A DNA stretch of 60,743 nt, counting the filler, from Nemertoderma westbladi (taxonomy: Eukaryota > Animalia > Xenacoelomorpha): assembly GCA_032718475.1 (NCBI GenBank). It is 3 parts of 3 records of this genome, joined end to end, with 100 filler letters (N's around TTAATTAATTAA, not from the genome) between each part and the next. Parts side by side here need not be neighbours in the genome. Positions count along the whole stretch, not along the records: positions 21,937 to 50,731 come from JAUCBJ010002222.1; 2 more parts are not named here. The stretch is one strand, 5' to 3'. The notes under the pieces were generated by a model. That model saw only the letters and a list, made by a program, of their open reading frames with translations, made no database searches and had not been told where the DNA came from. This document shows, one piece after another, positions 24,514 to 35,651 of the stretch (its first letter is position 1; every line of letters starts with the position of its first letter). Both the position numbers and the translations under genes were made by a program.

Positions 24514-27500
24514 TCATGCAATGGTAAGAGAAGGATTGGGCGAATGGGCACCGTAGTCCCCAGACCTTTCACGCTCACATTCGATTAAACAAAGTTTCTG
24601 TATAGGTCTATTAATCAGACGGCGGTCTTTCAGTCGTAAGGTAGCTGACCGCACTAGATTATCAACACTACAATGAACTTCCTGAACGACACCAGTGACC
24701 CATGAGCGTCGAGGTAAGCTTTCATCAACTAGAAGTACCAAATCTCCAACACAGAGGTTCTTCTTTTGAGATAACCATTTCGTTCGAATTTGAATAGAAG
24801 GAAGATAGTACTTTAGCCAATGGTCCCAGAAGATATCGCTCAACACCTGCATCACCTTCCAAGTTTTACTGCAATTAATATCTCGGGAATCGGGTTCAGA
24901 AATAGGAATCATCGCTGCTGGGCGGAGATAGAGGAAGTGAGATGGTGTGAGAGCTTCACAAGCACTAGGGTCGGCAGACAATCTAGTGAGAGGTCTACTG
25001 TTGATTATAGCCTCAATCTCCATTAGCAGAGTGCGTAGGGTTTCATCTGTCATATATATGTGTGCTGGTAGAACTTTGTATAGAGAGTTTTTGACGCTCT
25101 TAATTAAGCGCTCATAAGCGCCTCCATACCATGGTGTGTGTGGTGGGTTGAATGTCCAGTCTTGCCATTCAATCCCAATCTGATGGCAACTGGGTTACCA
25201 CGACGAGCAATAAACCGTCGAAGAGCCAGAATGAAGCAGTCCATCGACAGGCTACTTAATATGTCCAAGTGAACAGCTCGGGTTGTAAAACATGTGAATA
25301 TTATTCCCCAACGTTTTACATCAGTTCGATAACGTTTCACCATAAAAGGCCCAAATAAATCGGCTCCAGTCCGTGAAAATGCAGGCTGAAACATGGCTAA
25401 ACGTTCCTTCGGAAGAGGGCCTTCCTGTTGCGACATCAATGGAGCATTCACCTTCTGAAAAGCATGGCAACTCCTGATCGTACGCTTGAGATGCTTCCAT
25501 GGACTTATCATCAGATACTGAGTCCTGAGGTAACTGAGTATGTGGTCTTGACCAGCATGAAGCAATTTGTGATGAGCATCATGTATCAGTTGCCGCATAA
25601 GGTCTTGGTTTCGGATAATGATTGGAAATTTGCAATCATAATCAACTGGGGCAAAAGCAGTGCGACTCCCAACTCTAAGAAGGCCATCAGGGGCCATAAA
25701 GGTTGAAAATCTATCATTCGATGGTACCTGCTCCTCCTTGTAACATCTGAAATACTCTGGATGATGTATTGCTTGGGTCAATCTAATGATTTGCAATCTA
25801 GTCACATTGACCTCCTTCCTCAATAGTGGTCTAAAATTGATGTGTGAGTTATCCACTGGCTTCTGTAAAGATTTGTTTGCTATGCGCCAACAATGAAGTT
25901 TATTTAAGTATCCAACTCTCATTACATGCCAATGATAAAGTCTTTTCAACCAAGTGAAGTTATGAAAAAGCTTATCAGCTGAACTGCAGCGATGAAGCAT
26001 TCTTGGGATCAAAGGACTGATACCTTGTGAGGTCACAGGAAGGCAGATGGTTGGATTCAACTTAACCATCTCTACACTTTCTGATGTCGATACTGTTTTG
26101 GGGAGCTTGGATTTAAGAGTTTTTGGAACGGTGAGCTCTGCTCCCTTGCCAAGTTGAAGATCTTCAATCATTGGAGGCCATTCGTCTTCACTACCTTTTA
26201 AGAAATCAGGACCTTGGAGCCATGTTGGAGTGTTCAAGAGTTCAGCAACAGTGGCTCCACGAGATGCTATATCAGCTGGGTTGATCAGCCCGGGTACATG
26301 TCTCCACTGGAGCTTACTTGATCGGCGCAGGATGGTGACAACGCGGTTGACTACATATACAACAAAATGCTGCCTCTCATTGTGCAAGTACTGCAGCACT
26401 AGAGCAGCATCTGTCCAATATACAGTTTCAAATCTCGTTGAGAACTCTCTATACAGCAGCTGTGCAAGTTGTGTGGCTAATGTTGCAGCTTGGAGTTCAG
26501 CTCGAGGGATAGTGAGAGGGGGGTTTGGCATTATGTAAGAACGTGCAGTAACAAAAGATGTTTCGAACCCATTAGGAATGGCTCTCCTGAAATATGCAAC
26601 CGCTCCTAACCCAATCTTGCTAGCATCAGCAAATAGATGCAATTGCAATTTCTCTGATGGTAGTAGATGTTGAAAGTAAGTTCGATTAATACCGAATGAG
26701 TTTAGATCAGAAATTTCCTGCTCCCAACATTTCCACTGGCTGTTGAGATCATCGGGCAGAGGCTCATCCCACTCTAAATCACGCTGCCAACATTCCTTGA
26801 AAAGTACTTTGGCTCTCAATATAACTGGGGTTATGAAACAAATGGGGTCATAGAGGCTAGCCATAATGGAAGAGCATATCCTCTTTGTGCGAATCTCACC
26901 ACGATCCTTGAGCTTGATGTTAAAGAAAAACCTATCCTTCTCAGTATTCCAATATAGCCCCAATGTTTTGGTTGTTGGTAGAGGTTCAATATTGAGATCA
27001 ATATCAGGCTTTGCCCGATCTTTTGAATCGAATGACTGAAGTAATTGTCGGCTGTTGCTTGCAAACTTTGTAAGGTTAAATCCACCTCGTCTTAAGCAAT
27101 CTTTTATACCATGGGCAGTTTCAATAGCAGTGTATTCCGCAGGGGTTGATTTCACAATGTCATCCATCAATATATCATTCTTGATAGTATCATGAACATC
27201 AGCACTAAAGTCTAATGCATTATCCTCACATGTTCTTCTAACTGCCGCAATAGCGTTAGATGGCGAAGAGTTTATACCGAAGGCATTACAGCACATGCGG
27301 TACTGTTGTGGTTCACCTTGAAGGTCTTCGTTATTCCACCAATAAAAACGCAGGCTGTCCTTGTCTTCAGGGTTGACACGTACCTGCAGGAACATACCCT
27401 CTATATCTGAGGTGAAAGCATAATCATATAGTCGAAATCGGTAAAGTATACCAAATAAATAACGAAGAAGATTAGGTCCAGTTAAGAGTTCTGTATTCAA

Positions 27501-27721
27501 CGAATGCCCTTTATAGAGGGCAGCACAGTCATTAAAGACTCCACCTTTCCAGGCTTATCATCCCGAGTTACATAATGATGGGGCATGTAGTATGTCCGTG
27601 GGCCTGGTGTCAATTCTGATTCTGGAATCTCCTCAGCAGCCCCAATTTTCAAATAGTGGTCGATTTGAAACCGATACTTCTTATGAATGTCATCATTCCG
27701 CAACAACCTCTTTCTTAGCAT
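24514..27721 (-). pseudogene. pol: BEL pol: RT, RNase H, integrase and C-terminal DUF5641-like domain; frameshifts near 27730, 27540 and 25180
   Basis: YYMPHH, LLTGPNLL, DIEGMFLQV, FGINSSP, LMDD, LYDPICF, LHLFADAS, TIPRAELQAA, HKLLHAG, TGADLFGP, FTCFTTRAVHLD, PWYGGAYERLIKSVK (alternative frame), IEAIINSRPL, VGDLVLL...RPIQKL. Confidence 0.93.
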
Positions 27722-27730
27722 CAGACAACG

Positions 27731-30700
27731 TCATTTGGCCATTGGTTCATTACAAGGAGGTGGGTGTTCAAAGTCTCTCCATAAAAGGCCCACTTTGTAA
27801 TGCCCATCCGGGAGAAGTTGCAAAGAGGAATGCTGCATTTCTATTGCACGTTTTTCTTCCACAGAAAACCCAACTTCATCTTCTTCTGCCAATGCAGTAT
27901 ATTGTTTAAACCACTGAGACAGTTGCTCCTCAGAACTAGCTCCATACTCCTTACTTAAGGCAAGTTCATCTTCATCTTCCTCATGTAGCGATTTTATCAA
28001 ATCAAGATGGCAATCTTCTGCATGTGCATTATGTGGGTCATTTCTGATCATCTGTCGAAGCAACATTGGATCTTCTAGACCTTGAGGATCTTTGGATTGA
28101 TCAGGAAATCCATCTATACGTATGTCTCTAATCTTAAATGCAAGATGTTGTATCTGAATCTCAGCTTCCAGTTGATCTATTGAACATTCCAGTGGGTCAT
28201 CCGAAACATTATCAGAACTACTAATTGCAACACATGATATTGCCTTTCGTTCAACCAAAGTGCGCCTTGATGGTCCAGTAAAATACCATCCCAATGGAGT
28301 ACATATAGCGCGTGGTTCGAGAGGCTCTGGTGCTGTGGGTATGGATTTCAGCTGTATGAATGCCTCGTGGCAATTTTGACCGATGAGCATATTAACAGTT
28401 GCATAATCTGCTTCCGGAACTTTGAGATTGCACTTTGCTACAAAGGGATCATCACTCCAATCATAAGCATTGTCAGAAGAGGTTGCAAAATTCGCCAGGC
28501 TAAATACCTTGACATTTTCCAATGGTTTGGTAGCATAGGAGTCCTCGGCAGCAGAAATAGTAACCCTTGCTTCCTTCATGGTGAAATTTGTGTTCCAGGC
28601 TATTCCTGAGAGGTCAACTTTGACTGGGTTCGAGACTGAGCAGATCTTGTTGAAAACAGTTTCGTCTAGGAACGTCGCAGTGCTGCCAGAATCAAGTAGA
28701 GCTTTTACAGTCACCATGCCATTATCTCCCTGGACTTTAACTGTGAGAATAGGAAACTCCCTTACAGCTCTTTGGTTACTTAAGCCTGTGGTCAAAGTAG
28801 ATATGCTGCTGACAAGATTAACAGTTTCTGGTACATTATCCACAATAAGAGATTGTTCACTATCGGACTCATAATGATCCACCATATCAGGTGGTCCATC
28901 ATAGTTGTCTTCAACTAACAACTGCACAGTCTCATTGAAAGGGTGTTTAGAATCCACACGGTGGACCAATGAGTGATGTGGCTTCCCACAGTGCCGACAT
29001 CTATATTGGCTGCGGCATGTCTGTCGGCGATGATTGGCTAATAAACAGTTATAGCACAATTTAAAATCAGAAACTACCTTTCTACGCTCATCTACAGTAG
29101 CAGAAAGGAACTTTTCACATTTTTGCAATAGGTGCCTACCTTTACAAAGAGGACACTCAATAATAACTGGTTTTGGGTTATCAACTGGTGAGGGTAAATT
29201 ATCAGAATTGTCATTAAATTCAACCCGAAAATTTCGTTCATTATTATTATGAGAACTTAATTTTTGAACATTTTTATTTCCATTCAACTTCGTTTTACTA
29301 TTACTATGGTTAGTGCTACTAGGCTGTTTCTTTGTAAAATTAGCACTAATATGCTGATCTGTAGCACTTTCAAGAGCATCTTCCATAACAGTTGTCAGCC
29401 TAGATTTAATTTCTATTCTTTTGTGATCCGAAAATGGTTGAACATTTTTTCGACAACTTACAGGAAGACACAGCTGCATTTGGGTTTGGCGCTCTAAAAA
29501 TTCCAAAAAGTCCTTTACAGATGGATCTGTAGGGTCCTCTTTATTATACCTCATTTTGTAAACAATTTTAGCCCATGCTCTTTGTAATGCAGGTTCAAGT
29601 TTAGTAGCCAAGTCATTCAAAAGCTTAAGATTACTCAGTTGAGATTCCTGGGACAAGTATTCTAATTGTGAATGAATTTGACCTAATTCATCAAACATTC
29701 GGCTGGCAGATAGAGACTTAGGTAAATCATCTAGGCACTGCAATAACGACATGACTATACTGGATGGGTTGCCAAATCGTTGTACTAAAGCATTCCAAGC
29801 TTTATTATATCCATCAGGTATACCTACATAACGTTCAACTAGGCTACGTGGTGGACCTTCTAAAGCTACAATAAGATAACGCAATTTTTCTTCTTCTGAT
29901 AACGCCAAGCCACTCACACTAGATTTAAAATAATATTCAAATATAATCCATTCATTTGGCTTACCGCCATACTTTTTATACTCAGTCTTAGGTAGCGTTC
30001 TCTCCGCTCCAAGGCGTGACAAAACTCTAGCTACAGAATCATTCATTGAATCGCTTAAGGTGTCATTTCTATTCAAAATTCTAGGCGTAGTGACATTCCC
30101 AGGATTACATTTCACTGTATCTCTTAAAATGTTAATTAATTGTGCTTGGGCATCGAGCTGCTTTTCCATCTCATTAACCTTGGCATTTATATCATGTGTA
30201 TAATTAGGTTCACCGTTCGAATATTGAAGACCATTCCCTTCCTGGTGAACTTCAGTTCCTTTTGTGTTCATTGGTATTCTGGGCATATTAAACCGCACTT
30301 CTTGAGTTCCCTTGGGCACAAAGCTCGCATTTACCTCGAGGGAATGTGCCCGAGGATCAGTTGGGTAAACTCTATGAGAGTCACCAAAAAGTCGATTTTC
30401 CTTAAGAGGTTGAGTCTGATAAAAATACTTTGGCCGAGTGGTGCGAGACCTGGTGGTATCATTCCAATCAGAACTTCCCAAAGGCATCTTTGAAGCTTCA
30501 TTGGTGGCATTCTCTGCCACATCTTTATGACTCCTGGTCTCCCTATCATCCTCTCTTACTGTAACTTCCACCTGATTAATAGAAACTTGTGGACTCGCCA
30601 CTTTCCATGGTGTAGAATCGACTACTGCAGTTACTGGTAATAAATCACCTAACCGGGTTGAAGCAAAGTTAGGGACAGCAGTTTTTAACTCTTGGGAGAG

Positions 30701-31708
30701 TCGCAGTTCTTGACTGGGTTGTTGAGCTAGTTTGTCTCTCACTCCTATTAATGTCCTTTCTGTGCTTTGTCTCCGCTTTCTAGGAGTTGACCCAACTGAG
30801 TTGGCGCTGGAACAATGACTAGATTGAACACAATATGATAGTGCAAGTTCCTTTTCTAATTTCAAGGAGTTTAACTTCTTCCGGGATTCCAGCTCATCAC
30901 GTTCCTCCTGCATACGACGCTCAATATCGGCTTGTCGCTTCCTTTCAATATTTTCTCGAAGTCTCTCCTCGCTTTCACATTGCTCTATTTCCTGGGTGAG
31001 TGCCAATTTTTCTTTCTCATATCGTTTCCGAATAGCCTCGGCTTCGATTTCTGCTTCTATTTCCGCTTGTAATCGAGCAGCTTCCTTTAGCTGCTGTCTT
31101 TGTAAACGAGAAGCAGATGATACCATGGATCCATCACTTGATTCGATATTGTTAATGGGCGTTTGAATTCTTTCGCTCTCAAAATGTGGTAACTCAGGTG
31201 GAGTAACTCCTGTTCGGCCAAGTATAGTGTTATAAACTGAATGTGTTCGTTGTAACTGCCTTCTGACATGAGATCGTGCTTTATCAACCAAGGCTGGCAG
31301 TTCCATGTATTTGCCATACCGCTCAAAGAGTTGGACAGTACACAAAGCTCTATCGAACCTTGGTTGTATCGCCGCATAAAGCCGTTTGCCTGTTTCTGGT
31401 GAGAGAGAGGTTGGCGAAGATGACAAGTTTACACTGTGTCGTTGGATGTAGCGTGTGTATGCTGCTGAATAACCGCCTAGTGAACGAGTAATAGACTCAA
31501 TATCTTTGTCTGGGTCGAATCCGGCGGCACGCATTTCAGACAGAATCACAGTAATTTCATCACAATAATGGGATGATAAATTGTCTAAAGAAGGCTGGAC
31601 AGAGACAGGAGGGATTGTTTCAACAATTGATGAATCATGGGGACCTAGCTGTTCATCCACCTCAACCTCAATTTCACTAAAAGAAAGGCCAGATTCATTC
31701 GTGGCCAT
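27731..31708 (-). CDS. gag: BEL gag-protease, 1325 aa (originally one ORF with pol)
   Basis: Coiled coil; DUF1759-like LPKTEYKKYGGKPNEW..F; three BEL zinc knuckles CPLCKGRHLLQKC, CYNCLLANHRRQTC, CRHCGKPHHSLVH; protease ALLDSGS. Confidence 0.93.
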   Translation of the reverse strand: MATNESGLSFSEIEVEVDEQLGPHDSSIVETIPPVSVQPSLDNLSSHYCDEITVILSEMRAAGFDPDKDIESITRSLGGYSAAYTRYIQRHSVNLSSSPTSLSPETGKRLYAAIQPRFDRALCTVQLFERYGKYMELPALVDKARSHVRRQLQRTHSVYNTILGRTGVTPPELPHFESERIQTPINNIESSDGSMVSSASRLQRQQLKEAARLQAEIEAEIEAEAIRKRYEKEKLALTQEIEQCESEERLRENIERKRQADIERRMQEERDELESRKKLNSLKLEKELALSYCVQSSHCSSANSVGSTPRKRRQSTERTLIGVRDKLAQQPSQELRLSQELKTAVPNFASTRLGDLLPVTAVVDSTPWKVASPQVSINQVEVTVREDDRETRSHKDVAENATNEASKMPLGSSDWNDTTRSRTTRPKYFYQTQPLKENRLFGDSHRVYPTDPRAHSLEVNASFVPKGTQEVRFNMPRIPMNTKGTEVHQEGNGLQYSNGEPNYTHDINAKVNEMEKQLDAQAQLINILRDTVKCNPGNVTTPRILNRNDTLSDSMNDSVARVLSRLGAERTLPKTEYKKYGGKPNEWIIFEYYFKSSVSGLALSEEEKLRYLIVALEGPPRSLVERYVGIPDGYNKAWNALVQRFGNPSSIVMSLLQCLDDLPKSLSASRMFDELGQIHSQLEYLSQESQLSNLKLLNDLATKLEPALQRAWAKIVYKMRYNKEDPTDPSVKDFLEFLERQTQMQLCLPVSCRKNVQPFSDHKRIEIKSRLTTVMEDALESATDQHISANFTKKQPSSTNHSNSKTKLNGNKNVQKLSSHNNNERNFRVEFNDNSDNLPSPVDNPKPVIIECPLCKGRHLLQKCEKFLSATVDERRKVVSDFKLCYNCLLANHRRQTCRSQYRCRHCGKPHHSLVHRVDSKHPFNETVQLLVEDNYDGPPDMVDHYESDSEQSLIVDNVPETVNLVSSISTLTTGLSNQRAVREFPILTVKVQGDNGMVTVKALLDSGSTATFLDETVFNKICSVSNPVKVDLSGIAWNTNFTMKEARVTISAAEDSYATKPLENVKVFSLANFATSSDNAYDWSDDPFVAKCNLKVPEADYATVNMLIGQNCHEAFIQLKSIPTAPEPLEPRAICTPLGWYFTGPSRRTLVERKAISCVAISSSDNVSDDPLECSIDQLEAEIQIQHLAFKIRDIRIDGFPDQSKDPQGLEDPMLLRQMIRNDPHNAHAEDCHLDLIKSLHEEDEDELALSKEYGASSEEQLSQWFKQYTALAEEDEVGFSVEEKRAIEMQHSSLQLLPDGHYKVGLLWRDFEHPPPCNEPMAK

Positions 31709-31800
31709 TTTGTTTAATTACTGATTTATAAGGTTAAATTAGGTAAGGCCTATGTTAAATACAGTACCGGTAGTAACAGGCCTAAAATATTATGTATATA

Positions 31801-33524
31801 GGGTAAACTGGGGTAATTTGGGACATGGGGGAATTTGGGACAGGCTGGGGTAATTTGGGACAAGTCTTTTCTTAACTGTAAGTGCAGTGGGGTTTGGTGG
31901 GTTGTTTAAATTATAGGCCTACACTTAGCTTCATACTTTCTCTAGCTCTTTTAAATGCTGTAGGGCTGTCGGGTAGACTAGCCGTCACAGGTAAGTCGCA
32001 AGTGTAAGGTGTTCGCTTTCAGATATTTCGCCCTCTAGCAGCAGACTGGAGAACTGCAGCAGCAGCAGATTAATCACCTTCCTCAAAAAGACACAGCATG
32101 TAGTAGTAGTGATGTAGTAGGTCAGTAGGTACTTATATTCCAAGACTCAGCTTAAACAGATTAAGATGAAGAAAATGGAGACATGGGTAAGCGGAAGATC
32201 ACTTTCATACATTTTGCCCTCTAGGAGCAGACTGGAGAACAGAACTGCAGACCAATTTCCGACCCCACCAAGACTGCAAGACACACTACTGACGCAGGAT
32301 GCATTCTAAAGAGAGCACATATATACTGATACATACAGACAGACAGACAACATATTTGACAAGTTTCAGCTAGGACGGATCATAAATAATGGAATGAGTC
32401 AAGGATGTCACTTTCAGACATTTTTGCCCTCTAGCGGCAGACTGGAGAACAGATGACCGACAACCTTCTTCCCAAAGTTTCAACATGTGGTATAGTAGGG
32501 CCTATCAAATAGCCTAAGGCAGTAAGGTAATCGAATTAGAATCACGGAAATGGGAGAAGGTTTTCACTTTCAGACATTTCGCCCTCTAGGAGCAGACTGG
32601 AGAACTGCAGATGAATCACCTTCCTCAAAAAGACACATCATGTAGTCGTGATCTGGTACTATATTCCAAGACTCAACTTAAACAGATTAAGGTCAAGTAA
32701 ATGGCAGAATGGGTACAGGGGAAGTGGAAGGATCACTTGTATACATTTTGCCCTCTAGTCAGCTAGTGGTAGACTGAAGAAATGCAGACCACTTACCGAC
32801 CCCTCCAAGACACAGCAGCAGCAGCACATTGATGCAGGATGTATTCTGGCTGAGCACATACTGGCATAAAGACAGACAAACATACAACATATTTTTGACA
32901 AGTTTCAGCTTGAACGGATCATAAATATCGGAATGAGCCAAGGATTTCACTTTCAGATATTCGGCCCTCTAGCGGCAGACTAAAGAACTGCATGCAGATT
33001 AGCCCCCTTTGAATGACACATGACAGCTATGAGCTAATGGTCGGTCTAATACAAGTATGACAAGTTTCAGCATTGTCTTTTGGTCGGATTAAATGCAGAG
33101 AGATCTGGAGATGGCAGATGGGATGACATTTATTAATGTTTGACATGTAGCCCTCTAGCGGGAGACTGTTGTACTGATGGTGTCGAACAGTCTCTAAAAT
33201 CCCAACTTTTGGTCTTATTGATGCATTGTACAATTTCTCAACAAAGTTTGTGTCAATTACAATGGGCTACTACTGTTCGTTTTATGTTATGTCCCAAATT
33301 CCCCCAACTGTCCCAAATTACCCCATGCTGGGGTAATTTGGGACACTGATGAATATTAATTAAAAAAGGGTAATTAATTATTTGAAAATAAAAATTAAGT
33401 AATTAGTTTGATAGAATGGGTACATGGTGCATACTTGATAAGGTCGGATTATCAAAAAAATGTTTTTAAGATTCTGAAAAAAGCTTTAAAGGACGATTTT
33501 GTCCCAAATTACCCCAGTTTACCC
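31801..33524. mobile_element. Non-autonomous Tc1/mariner(pogo)-like DNA transposon in the BEL leader
   Basis: Perfect 25-bp TIR GGGTAAACTGGGGTAATTTGGGACA, TA TSD (31799-31800, 33525-33526), subterminal GGGGTAATTTGGGACA repeats, internal repeat array of about 187 bp. Confidence 0.88.
32029..33161 (-). promoter_or_regulatory. Array of seven CTCF-like motifs
   Basis: GCCCTCTAG-based cores on + at 32029, 32215, 32425, 32580, 32749, 32963, 33149. The reverse complement CCGCTAGAGGGC resembles the CTCF core CCASYAGRKGGC. Confidence 0.55.
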
Positions 33525-34209
33525 TACCAGTATATTGATATATAGTAGGCCTAGGCCTAAAGCAGTAAAGTACCAATACTAATAACTAAAATAGTACCGG
33601 TAGGCCCAAGGTACAAAGTTACCGGTACCGGTATGATCTGATATATATATATAGTATGCAGGCAGGCCTAATTAGAAGTACAGAACTACAGAAGTAATCA
33701 AATGGAAGCTTAATTTAATATTATAATACCGGTAGTTTATTACTAGGCTCACAGATTTCAAATACCAGTAGCGCCACCAGCACAATTCTGCAATTTGCCG
33801 CCTGTTACAGTCGTACAGTGTTATACGTACCGGTAATATATTTAACTTTGAATTATTACCGGTATAAATAAATAAATTTTGTCACCCGATCAGAACTGAC
33901 TCGGCAAAATGATTTAATAAATAGAACCCCACACACACTCCAGATAAACACATAAAATGTACCGGTATCGGTCTGCTGGTATGGTACAGAAACTGGAGAG
34001 CAAAAGCTGAAAGTGGGTCGCCCAACGCTGCAACGTATGTCAGTATGGCGTATGGCTAACTAGCACCATGTAGGCCTACAGCAGTAGGTATCCGGTACGG
34101 TACCATATGTAACCTAGTGTCAGTATCAGTACACACACACAGACACACGCAGGGCAGTTCTTTATTTATGGCAGGCTATAGAAGAACAAAAGAACTGCTA
34201 AATCAGAAC

Positions 34210-34220
34210 TCCTTTGTTAA
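34210..34220 (-). other. Putative self-priming primer-binding site
   Basis: Element sense TTAACAAAGGA directly after the 5' LTR. It is complementary to LTR-internal TCCTTTGTTAA (34768-34778; 22807-22817). No TGG tRNA-type PBS. Confidence 0.6.
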
Positions 34221-34983
34221 TATAAGAATGGCCACCTGGGTTTGATCCGCAGGAAACACAAACTCGGGGGAGAGACGAAAGACTCTCTCTTTAAATCGGG
34301 ATTTGGCTAACCCAAAATGGAAGGTTCCGTTAAACTCACGGGTTCTGGCTGTCTGATTTGGAACTTACCTCTTACCTGAAGAAAAAATGTCTGTATCTAC
34401 TAATTCCGAAAGTATGGTCGGTAACTGTTCAGACACAAGAGCTGAGGATACAAATAAACAACAGAAAAAGGTGTCTGGCTTCCGCTAACTCGTAGAGAGA
34501 ACGGGGACAGAGCAAAAATGCACCTCAAAACCGAGACTGTAACCAGGTAACCGAGCACTTCAATAAACACTCCGTCAACGTCGTCACGTTATTGGCTAAT
34601 TGGCGGAAGGGGAAAAACGTAAATAACAAACCAAAGATCAATGATAAGCTAGGCTTTATTCACTATTCAGTCAGTCAGTTATTATCAGATTATCAACGAT
34701 AAGACTGCAATTTACAGAGTGCTTTAACGAAGGCCAAGCCTTGCACTGCAATTTACCCGTGAACACGTTAACAAAGGACTAGTTCCTCCCGACATCAATA
34801 ACAACAATATTCCAAAATACTGAAACACCGGTAGTGTACTACCTACCACAGTATTGCTGTACTGAACAAACAAAGTCAGATAGTGCTTTAACGAAGGCCA
34901 AGCCTTACACTGCAATACCGGTATCGGACATTTTGTCATCTAAGATACAGTAGAAAGTGGACGGATAGGCAGATATTTTCATA
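34221..34983 (-). repeat. 5' LTR (763 bp), termini TATGAA...CTTATA; AATAAA at 34655-34660
   Basis: Boundaries fixed by LTR-LTR identity and the TSD. Confidence 0.95.
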
Positions 34984-35651
34984 GTAATGTTCTTCGATAA
35001 GATAACAGTCTCGGAAATAAGCACTTTTTTGTCACTAATTTTAGTTTACTAAAATTCCATTATGCTGTCCGATTTTAGTTTTTGCAGGAATTACACCTAA
35101 AATGCCATCGAATGCAAAATTCAATACACGAGGGCAGTACATCTGAATTTCGGTTAAATTAAATTACAGTAGAAGTTATTTCTGACACGTTTTTTTTTAT
35201 CAACAACTATTTTATCTACAACTAATTTATCCTTTTTTTTTTTTCTATTAGGGCCTATATTATTATAAAACTCGTTTCCGGTAACAAAAAATTAATTTCG
35301 AACTACCATATCTCCACGCCATACATTAACTATGAACAGTATTTCCAGTATGTCACCACGTCATTTTTTGGTTGTTCCAGAAAGTTTAAGAGCATAACTA
35401 CAAATAATTCCCCACAAATAAATAAAATTAAATTCTCCATTGTTCATAATTACTGTAGCTCTTTAAAGCTTTACTGCCCATGTTTTATTATTTTCCTGTC
35501 ATCAGGTCTCTAACTAATAACACAGCACCTGTCGGTCGACAGGAGTATTTTTTCACAGGAATGACTCGCTGAAAAAAATGGCCCGTATTATCGGCTGGCC
35601 GTAAGGCCCGTGCCTTATGTGCCTTAAGGTAAATCCGGCACTGCAATTTGT

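Larger units (their letters stand above)
22261..34983 (-). mobile_element. BEL/Pao LTR retrotransposon with both LTRs, defective ORF
   Basis: Direct LTRs 22261-23022 and 34221-34983. TSD GTAAT at 22256-22260 and 34984-34988. gag-PR-RT-RH-IN order with BEL signatures. Confidence 0.97.
21937..35643 (+). mobile_element. hAT-type MITE copy split by the BEL insertion (pieces 21937-22260 and 34989-35643)
   Basis: The left piece resembles 55183-55310. The right piece resembles about 55860-56286 and ends in the TIR ...AATCCGGCACTG. Confidence 0.7.

Noticed and set aside
34215-34981. Canonical TG...CA boundaries for the right LTR (TGTTAA...TTCA)
   Set aside because: The TG is absent from the left LTR, and only the TA...TA boundaries give an exact TSD.
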